The notes: generated by a model from the letters alone, not told the origin. 50,557 bases of DNA from Candidatus Woesearchaeota archaeon (GCA_018303265.1 JAGVYN010000012.1:1-50557), one strand, 5' to 3'. Positions 18,437 through 28,221 are shown, counted from the first letter of the stretch. Translations and numbers: made by a program.

Positions 18437-18892
18437 ATGGTAACATACAAGCGCAAGAAGGTAACCAAGTACCGTGCTCACACTACCCATGGTGGTGGAC
18501 ACCGTAAAAAAAGACGCGGCGCTGGAAGTCGTGGCGGTCGAGGAAGAGCTGGATCTGGAAAACGCGCTGGTCATAAAAAATATGGTATCACCCTAGGTAG
18601 ACATGGATTTGTTCCCCGACGAACGGTAGGGATGCTAAACACGCTTAATGTTGGTTATTTTACAAATGAGAAAATAGCACAGTTGCTTGCTTCTGGTCAA
18701 GCGCACAAAGAAGGACAATATATTTCTATTAACTTGGCACAATTAGGATACTCTAAATTGTTAGGTGCTGGTAACACCGCTGCAAAATTAAAATTACTTG
18801 TTCCACAATGCACGCCACGTGCAGCAGAGAAAGTAAAAGCAGCTGGAGGAGAAGTTACTGTTTCGGAAGCTGGAGAAAAAACTTCTGAATAA
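18437..18892 (+). CDS. rpl15: 50S ribosomal protein uL15
   Basis: HTTHGGGHRKKRRGAGSRGGRGRAGSGKRAGHKK. Confidence 0.9.
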   Translation: MVTYKRKKVTKYRAHTTHGGGHRKKRRGAGSRGGRGRAGSGKRAGHKKYGITLGRHGFVPRRTVGMLNTLNVGYFTNEKIAQLLASGQAHKEGQYISINLAQLGYSKLLGAGNTAAKLKLLVPQCTPRAAEKVKAAGGEVTVSEAGEKTSE

Positions 18893-18894
18893 AA

Positions 18895-20283
18895 ATGGCC
18901 TTCCTCGACAAACTGTTGGGTGTTCTTCCGGAAGTTAAAGGTCCTCAACAAAAAAAACTTCCTTTTAAAGAAAAATTAAAATGGACACTTATTACTCTTG
19001 TTCTTTTTTACATAATGGGTCTTGTTCCTTTATTTGGGCTTGGAGAAAATGCCCTGCAGCAATTTGAATTTCTGTCAATCATTTTAGGAGCGTCTTTTGG
19101 CTCAATTATCAGTTTAGGAATAGGCCCTCTTGTTACGGCATCCATCGTCCTGCAATTGTTGTCAGGAACGGGGATCTTAAAAATGAATTTAACAACAACT
19201 GAAGGGCGTCAGCGATTTCAGGGGCTCCAAAAACTATTGGCCATTTTCTTCATTATCTTTGAAGGATCTATCTACGTATTCATGGGCGGATTAGCTCCCA
19301 GCGCGTCCCTTGCCGGGACACCAATGTATGTGCAATTGGAAATGTTATTAGTTTTCCAGTTAATTCTTGGTGGGATTGTGATTATGTTCATGGACGAAGT
19401 TGTCAGTAAATGGGGGTTTGGTTCTGGGATCAGTTTGTTTATTGCCGCTGGAGTTGCCCAGCAAATCTTTATCAGAGCTTTCAACTTTTTACCATCTCCG
19501 ACAAATCCGGACATTGCTGCAGGCGCTGTACCGGCACTATTTCAATCGTTATCCATAGGTGATATTACCACGGCGGGCTTGCAGTTAGCTGCGCTTATCT
19601 CTACTGTTCTCGTTTTTGCAATCTGTGTTTATGGCCAGGCATTAAAAGTAGAAATTCCTTTATCGTTTGGGAAAGTGCGCGGTTACGGCATGCGCTGGCC
19701 GTTGAATTTCTTTTACACATCAAACATACCAGTAATCTTAGTTGCCGCGTTGATGGCCAATATTCAACTTTTTGCAGGTTTATTAGCTCGCTGGGGGCAT
19801 CCTATTTTGGGGACATTTTCAGGTAATTCGCCTGTGAGTGGTATTGTCTACTGGATCAGTCCGCCAAACATTGTGCAAAGTGTTATTACTGGAAGTTTTA
19901 CCGGTACGATGATCATTCAGGCGCTTCTATACATATTCTTGTTTATTGTTGGTTCCGTAATCTTTAGCATCTTTTGGATGCAGACGGCAAATATGGACGC
20001 AGGAAGTCAAGCCAGGCAGATTATGGCTTCCGGTCTGCAGATTCCCGGGTTTCGAAGGGATGAACGGGTGCTAGAGAAAATTTTAGGAAGGTATATCTGG
20101 CCGTTGACAATTGTGGGTGGCGCTTCTGTAGGATTGTTAGCTGCGGTTGCGGATTTGACGGGTGCGCTTTCCAATGGCACGAGCATCTTGTTGACAGTTA
20201 TGATTGTCTACAAATTGTATGAAGAAATTGCCAAGCAGCATATGATGGACATGCATCCGGCAATGCGTAAGTTTATGGAATAA
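18895..20283 (+). CDS. secY: preprotein translocase subunit SecY
   Basis: 462 aa and polytopic (about 10 hydrophobic segments). Conserved position after uL15. GIGPLVTASIVLQLL and NIPVILVAALMAN segments. Confidence 0.9.
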   Translation: MAFLDKLLGVLPEVKGPQQKKLPFKEKLKWTLITLVLFYIMGLVPLFGLGENALQQFEFLSIILGASFGSIISLGIGPLVTASIVLQLLSGTGILKMNLTTTEGRQRFQGLQKLLAIFFIIFEGSIYVFMGGLAPSASLAGTPMYVQLEMLLVFQLILGGIVIMFMDEVVSKWGFGSGISLFIAAGVAQQIFIRAFNFLPSPTNPDIAAGAVPALFQSLSIGDITTAGLQLAALISTVLVFAICVYGQALKVEIPLSFGKVRGYGMRWPLNFFYTSNIPVILVAALMANIQLFAGLLARWGHPILGTFSGNSPVSGIVYWISPPNIVQSVITGSFTGTMIIQALLYIFLFIVGSVIFSIFWMQTANMDAGSQARQIMASGLQIPGFRRDERVLEKILGRYIWPLTIVGGASVGLLAAVADLTGALSNGTSILLTVMIVYKLYEEIAKQHMMDMHPAMRKFME

Positions 20284-20297
20284 AATTGAGACCAAAA

Positions 20298-20306
20298 TTT
20301 TATAAA
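20298..20306 (+). promoter_or_regulatory. TATA-box candidate upstream of the DUF106 gene
   Basis: TTTTATAAA ends 25 nt before the ATG at 20331. Confidence 0.35.
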
Positions 20307-20330
20307 TGGTTCATTTAAACTAAGTATACA

Positions 20331-21095
20331 ATGGCTTTTTTAGATCCGGCATTAAATCCAGTACTGCAACCTTTGCTAAATTGGAGTCCGTTCTTGGGAA
20401 TTCTTGTTCTCGCTCTTATCCTTTCGTTTTTGGTTACCATTATTTACAAATATTTTACAAACCAAGAAGAAATGAAAAGACTGAAGGAACAGCAGAAAGA
20501 GTATCAGAAGCAAATAAAGTCTTTGAAAGATAAGCCTGATGAAATGATGAAAGTGCAGAAAGAAGCGATGAAAATAAGCGGCACATTAATGAAACAATCG
20601 TTTAAACCTACGTTAATTACCATGTTGCCGATGTTACTTATCTTTGGCTGGATGTCTTCTCACTTAACCTATGAACCCATTTACCCTAGCGAAACGTATG
20701 GCATTACCGCTGTTTTTGAAAAAGGTGTTACAGGAGATGCAGAATTAGTTGTGAGCGAGGGAACAGAATTACTCAGCGATGCGATCCAAATGATTAATAG
20801 CGAAGAAGTGACATGGCGTTTGAAAAGTTCTGCGGGAGACCATTTTTTGACGATTAAAACAGCGAATGACGAACAAACAAAAAAAGTGAGGATTACAGAA
20901 GATTTGCAATATGAAGAGCCTCTGGGAGTATATCCTAAAGGTGGGGATATTACTCGAATTCAGATTAATTATAATAAACTAAAGCCGCTTGGGAACACCT
21001 CTCTTCTGGGCTGGCAGCCGGGATGGTTAGGATTATATATTATATTCTCAATTCTATTTAGTATGATCTTGCGAAAAGCAATGAAGGTGTATTAG
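20331..21095 (+). CDS. DUF106/EMC3-TMCO1-like membrane protein (archaeal YidC/Oxa1-like insertase candidate) with extra C-terminal domain
   Basis: An N-terminal TM segment, then the coiled charged stretch EEMKRLKEQQKEYQKQIKSLKDKPDEMMKVQKEAMK, then a TM segment (LITMLPMLLIFGWM). This matches the DUF106 layout and the usual position downstream of secY. Confidence 0.6.
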   Translation: MAFLDPALNPVLQPLLNWSPFLGILVLALILSFLVTIIYKYFTNQEEMKRLKEQQKEYQKQIKSLKDKPDEMMKVQKEAMKISGTLMKQSFKPTLITMLPMLLIFGWMSSHLTYEPIYPSETYGITAVFEKGVTGDAELVVSEGTELLSDAIQMINSEEVTWRLKSSAGDHFLTIKTANDEQTKKVRITEDLQYEEPLGVYPKGGDITRIQINYNKLKPLGNTSLLGWQPGWLGLYIIFSILFSMILRKAMKVY

Positions 21096-21353
21096 TTATT
21101 AAATAGAGAAATGTATTAAATAGAGAATAAATGAACAGAGAAGGGAGAGATATAACAAAACACTTAAAAAATCCAAAACATTTATAAAAAAACTATCTCG
21201 TTATGCTAATATCCTTCATGGAAGGAGAGATCTTGGAGGCAACTCAGATCAGCTTATTTCTGAGTGTGCTTCATTGATGATATATTAAAAATATATTCAA
21301 AAATCAAATTGAAAGATAAGATCAAATAAAGATAAAGAGATTAAAAGATAACC

Positions 21354-21626
21354 ATGCCAGCAGGAAGATTAAAGTCCGGACGCTTACGAAAAGTGTTTGT
21401 AAAAACACCAGGGGGAAGAACAACTCTCCATTATAGACAGCGCAAGCCTTCGAAAGCGATATGTGCGTCATGCAAAAAACAATTGGCCGGCGTGCCAAGG
21501 GAACTTCCTTCGATAATGAGGAATTTGCCCAAAACCAAGAAACGGCCGGAACGGCCATACGGCGGCGTGTTGTGTTCAGCGTGCATGCGCTTGCTAATTC
21601 AGCAACAGGCGAGGGAAGATCAATGA
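21354..21626 (+). CDS. rpl34e: 50S ribosomal protein eL34
   Basis: GRLRKVFVKTPGGRTTLHYRQRKPSKAICASCKKQLAGVPR. Confidence 0.9.
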   Translation: MPAGRLKSGRLRKVFVKTPGGRTTLHYRQRKPSKAICASCKKQLAGVPRELPSIMRNLPKTKKRPERPYGGVLCSACMRLLIQQQAREDQ

Positions 21627-22018
21627 GCATATTTTCTGTTGGTCGGATGTGCGTCAAACTTGCCGGAAGGGACGCGGGACGGAAATGTGTTGTCGTAGAG
21701 AAAATAGATGGCCAGTTTGTTGTTGTTGATGGTCATGTCCGAAGGAGAAAAGTAAATGTGAAGCATCTTGAGCCTCTCAATCAAATTCTCAATCTTAAGG
21801 AAAAAGCCACTTCTGCAGAAGTGAAAGCTGCTTTTGAGAAGATGGGATTAGCAGTGTGGGAAACAAAACAAAAAAAAACAGCACCACGCCCGTCAAAGCA
21901 AAAGAAAGGAAAAAAGGAAACAGAAAGAATACCTGAAAAAGCAATATCTGGGAAAACAGAAACGAAGGAAACGAAAAAGAAAGCTCCTCAGAAAACAAAA
22001 GAAGAAAAGAACGACTAA
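21623..22018 (+). CDS. rpl14e: 50S ribosomal protein eL14 (KOW) with K/E-rich tail
   Basis: MSIFSVGRMCVKLAGRDAGRKCVVVEKIDGQFVVVDG. The ATG at 21623 overlaps the eL34 stop (ATGA). The part of the track ORF upstream of this ATG is out-of-frame eL34 sequence. Confidence 0.85.
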   Translation: MSIFSVGRMCVKLAGRDAGRKCVVVEKIDGQFVVVDGHVRRRKVNVKHLEPLNQILNLKEKATSAEVKAAFEKMGLAVWETKQKKTAPRPSKQKKGKKETERIPEKAISGKTETKETKKKAPQKTKEEKND

Positions 22019-22065
22019 TTTATTACATTCAAATTTATGATGTTATTTCAATAAGATTTCTTATG

Positions 22066-23703
22066 TCAGTTCATTAATTTTTCTACATCTACTTCCATCC
22101 CCACAACCGGCATGGTAATGCCCCACTTCTCCAGAATCTGCGGATGGATCTCTCCGATAACGCCAATCTCTTTACTTTCTACGATGATCTTTCCAACCCT
22201 TCCAGCCAGGAAACTGGGATCACTTGATTCTTTTACGGAACATATCAACCCCAGAGAACGCATAAAACCATCCAGAATTTGTCGTATCTCGGTAAAATCT
22301 GTTTTCTCATGGCATAATATAACTCCCAGATGTTCTTTTTCTTCAATACCCGTTTCCATTTTTACATTCTTATGGAAAATCCGGCCAAGTTCAAAGATGT
22401 TCTGCGGATATTCATTATGCTGGTTCTCGGAAACAGTTTTTAATAAGCTTGGGAGGAGAGAATTGCGTAAATGGTCATGATCCCCCACTGAATTTTTGAG
22501 AGAGACTGGTTCCTCATTTTTATTCATCTTATCTACTAAACATTCTCTCATCAATAAATGATAATTCTGTACTTCTAGCAACGTAAACCCCACTAGGATC
22601 TCACGAATTTTTCGAGAGAATATCTCCAGGGGAGCTTCCTGCCCAATCGTTGCCACTTCTGGAATTTCTTCAGGGAAATGTTCATACCCGTAGGCAATGG
22701 CAATATCTTCAACAAGATCGGTCTGGTGAAGAATATCTGCGCGATAGGCTGGTATAAGAACAATTCCTTGCTCGTATCCAAAACCCATTTTTTGTAACAA
22801 ACTTGCAATCTCTTTTTCAGATAACATTAACCCTAGCATTTTGTTGACGTACTTAGGATCTAATCTCATTGAAGAGGGGGTTAAATTTGGTGTTTTTTTG
22901 GTTTCTTTCCCATAGCTTAATTCAACAGCATAGATGTTGCCCCCCATGTCCGCTAAGGCAGTAACAATGATGTTCAAACAGGTGCTTAATGTTGGAAAAT
23001 CAAACCCAGAGCATTCGATGAACAAATCTTTTGTCTGCGCTGTTACTCTCCCGACATTCTCTGAATTAATGATGGGCGGCATGCTCAGGATTTCTTTTTG
23101 TGCATCAATGAAGAAAGGGTATTTCTCATAACTTTGCAATAAGTGAGCGAATTCTTTTCCCGTTTTATGACTGGTAAGAATTTCCTTTCCAGTCATCTTT
23201 TTCTCTCCATCTAAAGGTTGGAAAACAATTTTCTCTGGCAAATCCGCTTTGTAGGTGATGGGAAACGTAATTTTTTCCAGTGGATACACGCCAATCGCAC
23301 ATTTTTTTCTATTGCGGCCGTATGTGCCGTGCAGCTTTTCCTGGATTTGGATAATTTCTCTGATCCGTTCTTCATCTAATTCCACATTTTTAACAACCGC
23401 ACAGGCCGTGTAAGGACGAACTTGTTGTACAGAAGCATCGATAAGAACTTTGTATTGGCTGGCTTGGATATTATATTTACGCAGCCCTGTGTTCACACCA
23501 ATAAATGAGCTGAATGCTCTGGCAAAACCTTGCTCTGATAACATATCGGGGCGATTGGGAAAAATTTCCACGTGAATTTCGTTTCCTTCAATCTTTTCCA
23601 AATCCGTGCCCAGCATACTGATGCGGTCTTTCAACTGTTCGAAAGAAAGTTTTTTTCCTACTAATCTTTCAAAAATATCTTTGTTTAGGGTTACCGTTGG
23701 CAT
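22066..23703 (-). CDS. pheT: phenylalanine--tRNA ligase beta subunit (archaeal type)
   Basis: 545 aa. MPTVTLNKDIFERLVGKKLSFEQLKDRISMLGTDLE (B3/4-type N-terminus) and IFPNRPDMLSEQG. Lies in an operon with pheS. Confidence 0.9.
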   Translation of the reverse strand: MPTVTLNKDIFERLVGKKLSFEQLKDRISMLGTDLEKIEGNEIHVEIFPNRPDMLSEQGFARAFSSFIGVNTGLRKYNIQASQYKVLIDASVQQVRPYTACAVVKNVELDEERIREIIQIQEKLHGTYGRNRKKCAIGVYPLEKITFPITYKADLPEKIVFQPLDGEKKMTGKEILTSHKTGKEFAHLLQSYEKYPFFIDAQKEILSMPPIINSENVGRVTAQTKDLFIECSGFDFPTLSTCLNIIVTALADMGGNIYAVELSYGKETKKTPNLTPSSMRLDPKYVNKMLGLMLSEKEIASLLQKMGFGYEQGIVLIPAYRADILHQTDLVEDIAIAYGYEHFPEEIPEVATIGQEAPLEIFSRKIREILVGFTLLEVQNYHLLMRECLVDKMNKNEEPVSLKNSVGDHDHLRNSLLPSLLKTVSENQHNEYPQNIFELGRIFHKNVKMETGIEEKEHLGVILCHEKTDFTEIRQILDGFMRSLGLICSVKESSDPSFLAGRVGKIIVESKEIGVIGEIHPQILEKWGITMPVVGMEVDVEKLMN

Positions 23704-23704
23704 T

Positions 23705-24376
23705 TCAAATCCCCGCTCCTGAAAATAGAGTGAAAAAGAAGAGTAAAAAGAAGATGAATGCCAGCGAACCGAAAATTACGATCGGCAGCAGTACCACAGC
23801 CACACTTTTCCCTATTTCTAATTTTTGTCTTTTATGAATGCCAATAATCTGCAGGACCATAATATAAATGAAAACCAGCCAGCCCACGATAGGAATGACT
23901 GAAAAGAGAATAGGAGCATTGGCGTAACTCGCAGCTTTGAACGTTTCTACATATTTTTGTTTTCCGCCAAAGAAGAGAACAAAGAGATGGAGCATTCCTG
24001 TTCCCAGGAAAAGCATCCCGAAAGAGAATAATAATACCAAAGGAAACAGTAACAACAGTAAGATGAAAATCATTCCAGCTCCAATACTTCCGAAAAGTGC
24101 CGTGAACGGTCCGCCTCCCAAGAGGCTTAAAAAAGAAAGGAAAGATCCCAGAACAATAAAAAGGAAAAAAAATACGATAATCTGCGTTACGGCCTGAATT
24201 TTGATGAAAAAGAGCGACGGTTCTTTGTATCTCATCTGATCTGAAAGTTTTGCATAAAACTGCATCGGGCTAAACATGACTTCTTTCCATGTTTTGAATA
24301 ATCCTCTTCCGGGAACATCGTCATGTTTTTGGTCTGTATTTTTTTTCGTAAGTTGTTTCATAATTTGTTTTTTCAT
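23705..24376 (-). CDS. Yip1-domain-like polytopic membrane protein
   Basis: A cytoplasmic N-terminus (WKEVMFSPMQFYAKL...EPSLFF) is followed by about 5 TM segments. The gene is wedged between pheS and pheT, 1 nt before the pheT start. Confidence 0.5.
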   Translation of the reverse strand: MKKQIMKQLTKKNTDQKHDDVPGRGLFKTWKEVMFSPMQFYAKLSDQMRYKEPSLFFIKIQAVTQIIVFFFLFIVLGSFLSFLSLLGGGPFTALFGSIGAGMIFILLLLLFPLVLLFSFGMLFLGTGMLHLFVLFFGGKQKYVETFKAASYANAPILFSVIPIVGWLVFIYIMVLQIIGIHKRQKLEIGKSVAVVLLPIVIFGSLAFIFFLLFFFTLFSGAGI

Positions 24377-24454
24377 TTGTTTAATACCCCTCCGCTTGCG
24401 GGATTGGTTTTTTCGTTTGTTTTATCATGTATCTTGTGTTTTATGAAGAGTAGT

Positions 24455-25987
24455 TTACTTCAACCACGCTTTCATTTCTCGAATCTGTTTTAGATCGTTT
24501 TTATACAAGTCACGGATATCTGTAATTTTCCAATATTCAGTGATAATACGGGCCATTCCTTGTCCCCAGGCAAGCACAGGGCAATCAAACCCCAACAAGG
24601 GCTGGACGACTTCCGGTCGAAAAATACCAGCTCCCCCTAATTCCACCCATTCTTTTTTGACGGGATGAAAGACATCTACTTCCAGTGACGGGGAAGTATA
24701 CGGAAAATATCCCGGGCGCATCCTCACATCAGGAAACCCCATCTTTTTATAAAATTCACGAAGGTAGCCTTTCAAATGCTGCAAATTTGCCTGTGGGTCA
24801 ATGACAATTCCTTCCACTTGGTAAAACTCAAAAAGGTGCTTCCAATCCAATGCTTCATTGCGGAACACCTTACCTACAGCAAAAAACTTTGCCGGCAAAT
24901 CTTCTTTCTTTAGTTTGGCAATAGTCTGCGCAGAAAGAACAGTGGTATGTGTGCGTAATAAAATTTGTTCCGCTTCTTTTTGAGAAAAAACATATCCCCA
25001 CCCTTTACTTCCCGTGGTTCCACCTGCCTCGTGCACTTCTTTCACTTTTTTCCATACGTCAGGAAGCTTTGCCTTTCCGTCGAGATAAAACGTATCCTGC
25101 ATTTCCCGTGCAGGATGATCTTGTGGGACAAAGAGCGCATCTAAATCCCAGAACGCGGATTGCACAAAATTACCTGTCATTTCTTGGAAACCCATATCCA
25201 GCCATATCCGTTTAATGTATTCTACAGCTTCATTCGTGAAATGTTTTTTCCCGCCATACGTTTTAGGCACGTTTATTTCCACGTCATACGCCCTAAATTG
25301 TTTCTCTTTCCATGAACCACTTTTAAGCATGCCGGCAGTAATTCTATTAACTACCTCACCTCCAAGATCCATGGCCGCAAACTTTTTTCCTCCTTCAGTG
25401 AGTGTAACTGTTACTGTTTTCTGTTCTTCAATATTGAGAAGATTTTTCCTTTTTTGTAATTCTTCAAAAGCAAGTTTTATTTTTACATCTTTAATCTCAT
25501 CAAGAAGGAGAGGGAAAGAGAGATTAAGGAATTGTTCTTCCGGTGTTTGTTCTGCCAATGACTTTTTTCCTTTCTCGGTTATTTTTACAGAAACCCCTTC
25601 TTCTTTCTTGATTTCAATAGACCCTTTGCTTTTCAATAAACCAAGACAGGCATTTACTTCTTCCCGGGAAAGTTTCGCTTTCTTGGTGATAATATTAAGA
25701 CCTTTAAAACTGTCAGTGAGAGCTTTCAAGAATTTTTTTTCCGGCAGTCCTTCTTTTTGATAACGGCTGCCATTTTGATCTAAAGAAATTACTTTTTTCT
25801 TTTCTGTGTTGATAGTAATAATTCCTTTATTCTCAAGCCATTGCAAGGCTCGCATCACCTCAATCTCTTGCATCTTGGCAGTTTTGCTGATGGCCGAAAG
25901 TTCATTTTGTTGTTTTAAGAGGGGAAGAACGATCCGTTCATACGGATGAAGTTTGGTCGCAATAGCCGCAACGTTTTGGAGATCCAT
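24455..25987 (-). CDS. pheS: phenylalanine--tRNA ligase alpha subunit (archaeal type)
   Basis: Class II core: HPAREMQDTFYL, LLRTHTTVLSAQ, FRNEALDWKHLFEFYQVEG and ELGGAGIFRPEV. The N-terminus carries winged-helix repeats. Confidence 0.9.
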   Translation of the reverse strand: MDLQNVAAIATKLHPYERIVLPLLKQQNELSAISKTAKMQEIEVMRALQWLENKGIITINTEKKKVISLDQNGSRYQKEGLPEKKFLKALTDSFKGLNIITKKAKLSREEVNACLGLLKSKGSIEIKKEEGVSVKITEKGKKSLAEQTPEEQFLNLSFPLLLDEIKDVKIKLAFEELQKRKNLLNIEEQKTVTVTLTEGGKKFAAMDLGGEVVNRITAGMLKSGSWKEKQFRAYDVEINVPKTYGGKKHFTNEAVEYIKRIWLDMGFQEMTGNFVQSAFWDLDALFVPQDHPAREMQDTFYLDGKAKLPDVWKKVKEVHEAGGTTGSKGWGYVFSQKEAEQILLRTHTTVLSAQTIAKLKKEDLPAKFFAVGKVFRNEALDWKHLFEFYQVEGIVIDPQANLQHLKGYLREFYKKMGFPDVRMRPGYFPYTSPSLEVDVFHPVKKEWVELGGAGIFRPEVVQPLLGFDCPVLAWGQGMARIITEYWKITDIRDLYKNDLKQIREMKAWLK

Positions 25988-26009
25988 CTGTTTTCAGAAT
26001 GGGATGATA

Positions 26010-26017
26010 TTTATAAA
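26010..26017 (-). promoter_or_regulatory. TATA-box candidate for the pheS operon
   Basis: TTTATAAA lies 23 nt upstream of the pheS ATG (25987, minus strand). Confidence 0.4.
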
Positions 26018-26172
26018 AGTAACCTTATGAAGAAGAGAAATATCAACCTTCCTCAAAACTCAACAATTATTAACCTCAAAATAAAAAACATAAAACAAAT
26101 TAGAATATCCTCAATTAACATAAAAAAAATATAAGAAAAAGAAGATATAAACTAAATACTTAAATTACTTAC

Positions 26173-26967
26173 CTACTTCTCTTTCCACATTGAATCAAAA
26201 AGGTAATCCATTGCTTTGGTGAAATAAGGTGTTTTCACCCAAACACCAAGATCATAGGAAGGATGCACCTCTTTGTCGTCAAGAGTCATAAACATCATGT
26301 CTTTATTGTCTACGGTCATAAACCGAGACTTTAACTTTTCGTGATGCTTAATTTCTGCAATGGCTTTGAGGCTGTCAGCAACGATCTTGTTTTCTTTGGT
26401 AAGCGGCGCTGCAATCCGTATGCGCACTCCTCTCTTTTTGGCGTTTTCCAAGCTTTGTCGCAGTCCTTCTGCTTTTCGCATGAATCCTTTATCGGAAGTT
26501 ACGATATTAATATTTTTCTTAGCATCTTTAATAAGCAAGTCCATATGGTTGTATAGATTATTTCTTCCACGAAGACATCCGCTCATCTCTGAAGGATCAA
26601 CAAGGGTAATCCCTTGCGTATGCAGGGTTTCTAATTCGATAAGAAGAGGAGAACCTTTAACTCCCTCTAATCTTTTTATTTTTTCTTGCGCAGTTACATG
26701 CATATTTTTCTTAACCCTGTCTACGACTTCATTGGGCGGGATGGCGATGTATTTGATTGGTTTTCCCAATTTCATGATTACGAACCCTTTCTTTTCCAAA
26801 GATTCGAGAACATCATAACTTCGAGAACGAGGGACATCAGCAATGTCTGACAATTCGCCAGCAGTGGAAACACCTCTGCTTAGAAGCGCTGTCCATAACT
26901 TAACTTCGTATAAATTTAAATCAAAATACCGGCGCAATTTGCTTAATAATTCATCTTTCACAATCAT
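26173..26967 (-). CDS. TrmB-family transcriptional regulator
   Basis: The N-terminal wHTH reads LYEVKLWTALLSRGVSTAGELSDIADVPRSRSYDVLESLEKKGFV. A TrmB-type C-terminal domain follows. Confidence 0.75.
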   Translation of the reverse strand: MIVKDELLSKLRRYFDLNLYEVKLWTALLSRGVSTAGELSDIADVPRSRSYDVLESLEKKGFVIMKLGKPIKYIAIPPNEVVDRVKKNMHVTAQEKIKRLEGVKGSPLLIELETLHTQGITLVDPSEMSGCLRGRNNLYNHMDLLIKDAKKNINIVTSDKGFMRKAEGLRQSLENAKKRGVRIRIAAPLTKENKIVADSLKAIAEIKHHEKLKSRFMTVDNKDMMFMTLDDKEVHPSYDLGVWVKTPYFTKAMDYLFDSMWKEK

Positions 26968-27147
26968 TTTTCAAAACCCCCTCTTTTTAATTTTTGGAAA
27001 AAAACATCTTTTTGTTACTACGTCATCAGTAAATGGAACTACTATTAAAAGGTTATGGTTTTGCAAAATATACACGGTTGTTATCGACGCACGTCATTAA
27101 CTTCATACTGTTGCATAAACCTTCGCGCTTTGATGCAATATCATTTC

Positions 27148-28200
27148 TCATTCAATCTTATATCTCACAACAGCTGCTATCCCGCCTAACCCGTCAACTA
27201 TTTTTCCGCTTTCCAGAGCAGAGTTCAGTATATGGATCTCTCCTTGCAAATGATCGACTTTTTTCATGGCTTCGTCTATTGCTTGATAGTTCCCTTTTTC
27301 TCTCTGTTGTTGGATGTATTTATCTGTAATTAAAAGGATCCTTACGGCGCCAGCGGTGATAGATTTCATAACTTGTTCTTTGCCGTACACCGCAAGCTGA
27401 TTTTTGTTAATTTCTTGCAGCAGATCGTCAACGAACAATTGTTCTTCCCTGGCCCGGCTGGTTTTAAGCACGTGCGCCAATTCCGGCCTTTTGAACACTT
27501 CGTCGATGGCGCGTTCATCGACACTGGAGCTGGTCGCGAGAACAATCTTCTTCTTGATATCCCCGCTGGTTATTTTTTTGACAAGATCTTCTTTATAGAA
27601 AGCCGGGGAAGCAATGATGATGCGCTCCGGGTTATATCGTCCGTTATAAATATCGATTGCTTTAATAATCTCTTGATAAAAATCTTTAAGCACGTCTACA
27701 TTTCGGAATTTTTTGGCAACCTCTCCTGTAATTTTTACAAGTATTTCATACCCGAACTTTTTCGTGAGGGCAAAGATCGCTTCCTCGCGATCGCATAAAC
27801 ACAAAAGGTAGTTATATTTTTTTTCTGCTGCTTCTTCCAATTTTTTTTTTTGATATGCTAACCACTGCACTTTCTCCAGTGCAAATTCACTTCCTTCTTC
27901 CAGCGTGATCGTATGATAACTTCCTTTTGGAACATCTTCTGGTCCTTCTTTTACTTTTCCATTGACACGTAACGTAGTTCCTGCAGAGCCCAATTCAATT
28001 GTTTCTGCTTCTATGCTAAGAGTCAACGTTTTTTTTGTGACTGTGGCATTATCTCCTTCCCCTATCTTTATTTTTCTCGTTGTCTTTCCTCGTACCAAAT
28101 CTCCAGGATCAATAAGATGGCTGAGATACCACAGATCATCAAGATCGTTAATTTTGAGTTTAACAAATCCCTTTTTGAAATCTCGAGTAAGAATGTCCAT
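27148..28200 (-). CDS. pelA: Pelota (mRNA surveillance / ribosome rescue factor)
   Basis: MDILTRDFKKGFVKLKINDLDDLWYLSHLIDPGDLV... and an eRF1-like C-terminus (GGIAAVVRY). I take the ATG at 28200 rather than the GTG at 28218. A TATA box lies 22 nt upstream. Confidence 0.9.
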   Translation of the reverse strand: MDILTRDFKKGFVKLKINDLDDLWYLSHLIDPGDLVRGKTTRKIKIGEGDNATVTKKTLTLSIEAETIELGSAGTTLRVNGKVKEGPEDVPKGSYHTITLEEGSEFALEKVQWLAYQKKKLEEAAEKKYNYLLCLCDREEAIFALTKKFGYEILVKITGEVAKKFRNVDVLKDFYQEIIKAIDIYNGRYNPERIIIASPAFYKEDLVKKITSGDIKKKIVLATSSSVDERAIDEVFKRPELAHVLKTSRAREEQLFVDDLLQEINKNQLAVYGKEQVMKSITAGAVRILLITDKYIQQQREKGNYQAIDEAMKKVDHLQGEIHILNSALESGKIVDGLGGIAAVVRYKIE

Positions 28201-28221
28201 TCCTGATATAAAATACACTCG

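Noticed and set aside
21096-21353. Structured elements in the 258-nt DUF106-eL34 spacer: the hairpin ACTCAGA-N10-TCTGAGT at 21242-21265, CCTTC-ATG-GAAGG just upstream of it, and CUGA followed by UGAUGA downstream of it.
   Set aside because: The boxes are in D-then-C order with no outer C/D pair. There is no tRNA-like or known RNA-family signature. It may be just a leader or terminator structure, so I left it uncalled.
21461-21622. N-terminal 54 codons of the 185-aa track ORF.
   Set aside because: This stretch overlaps eL34 out of frame. The recognisable eL14 sequence begins at the internal ATG at 21623, which overlaps the eL34 stop.
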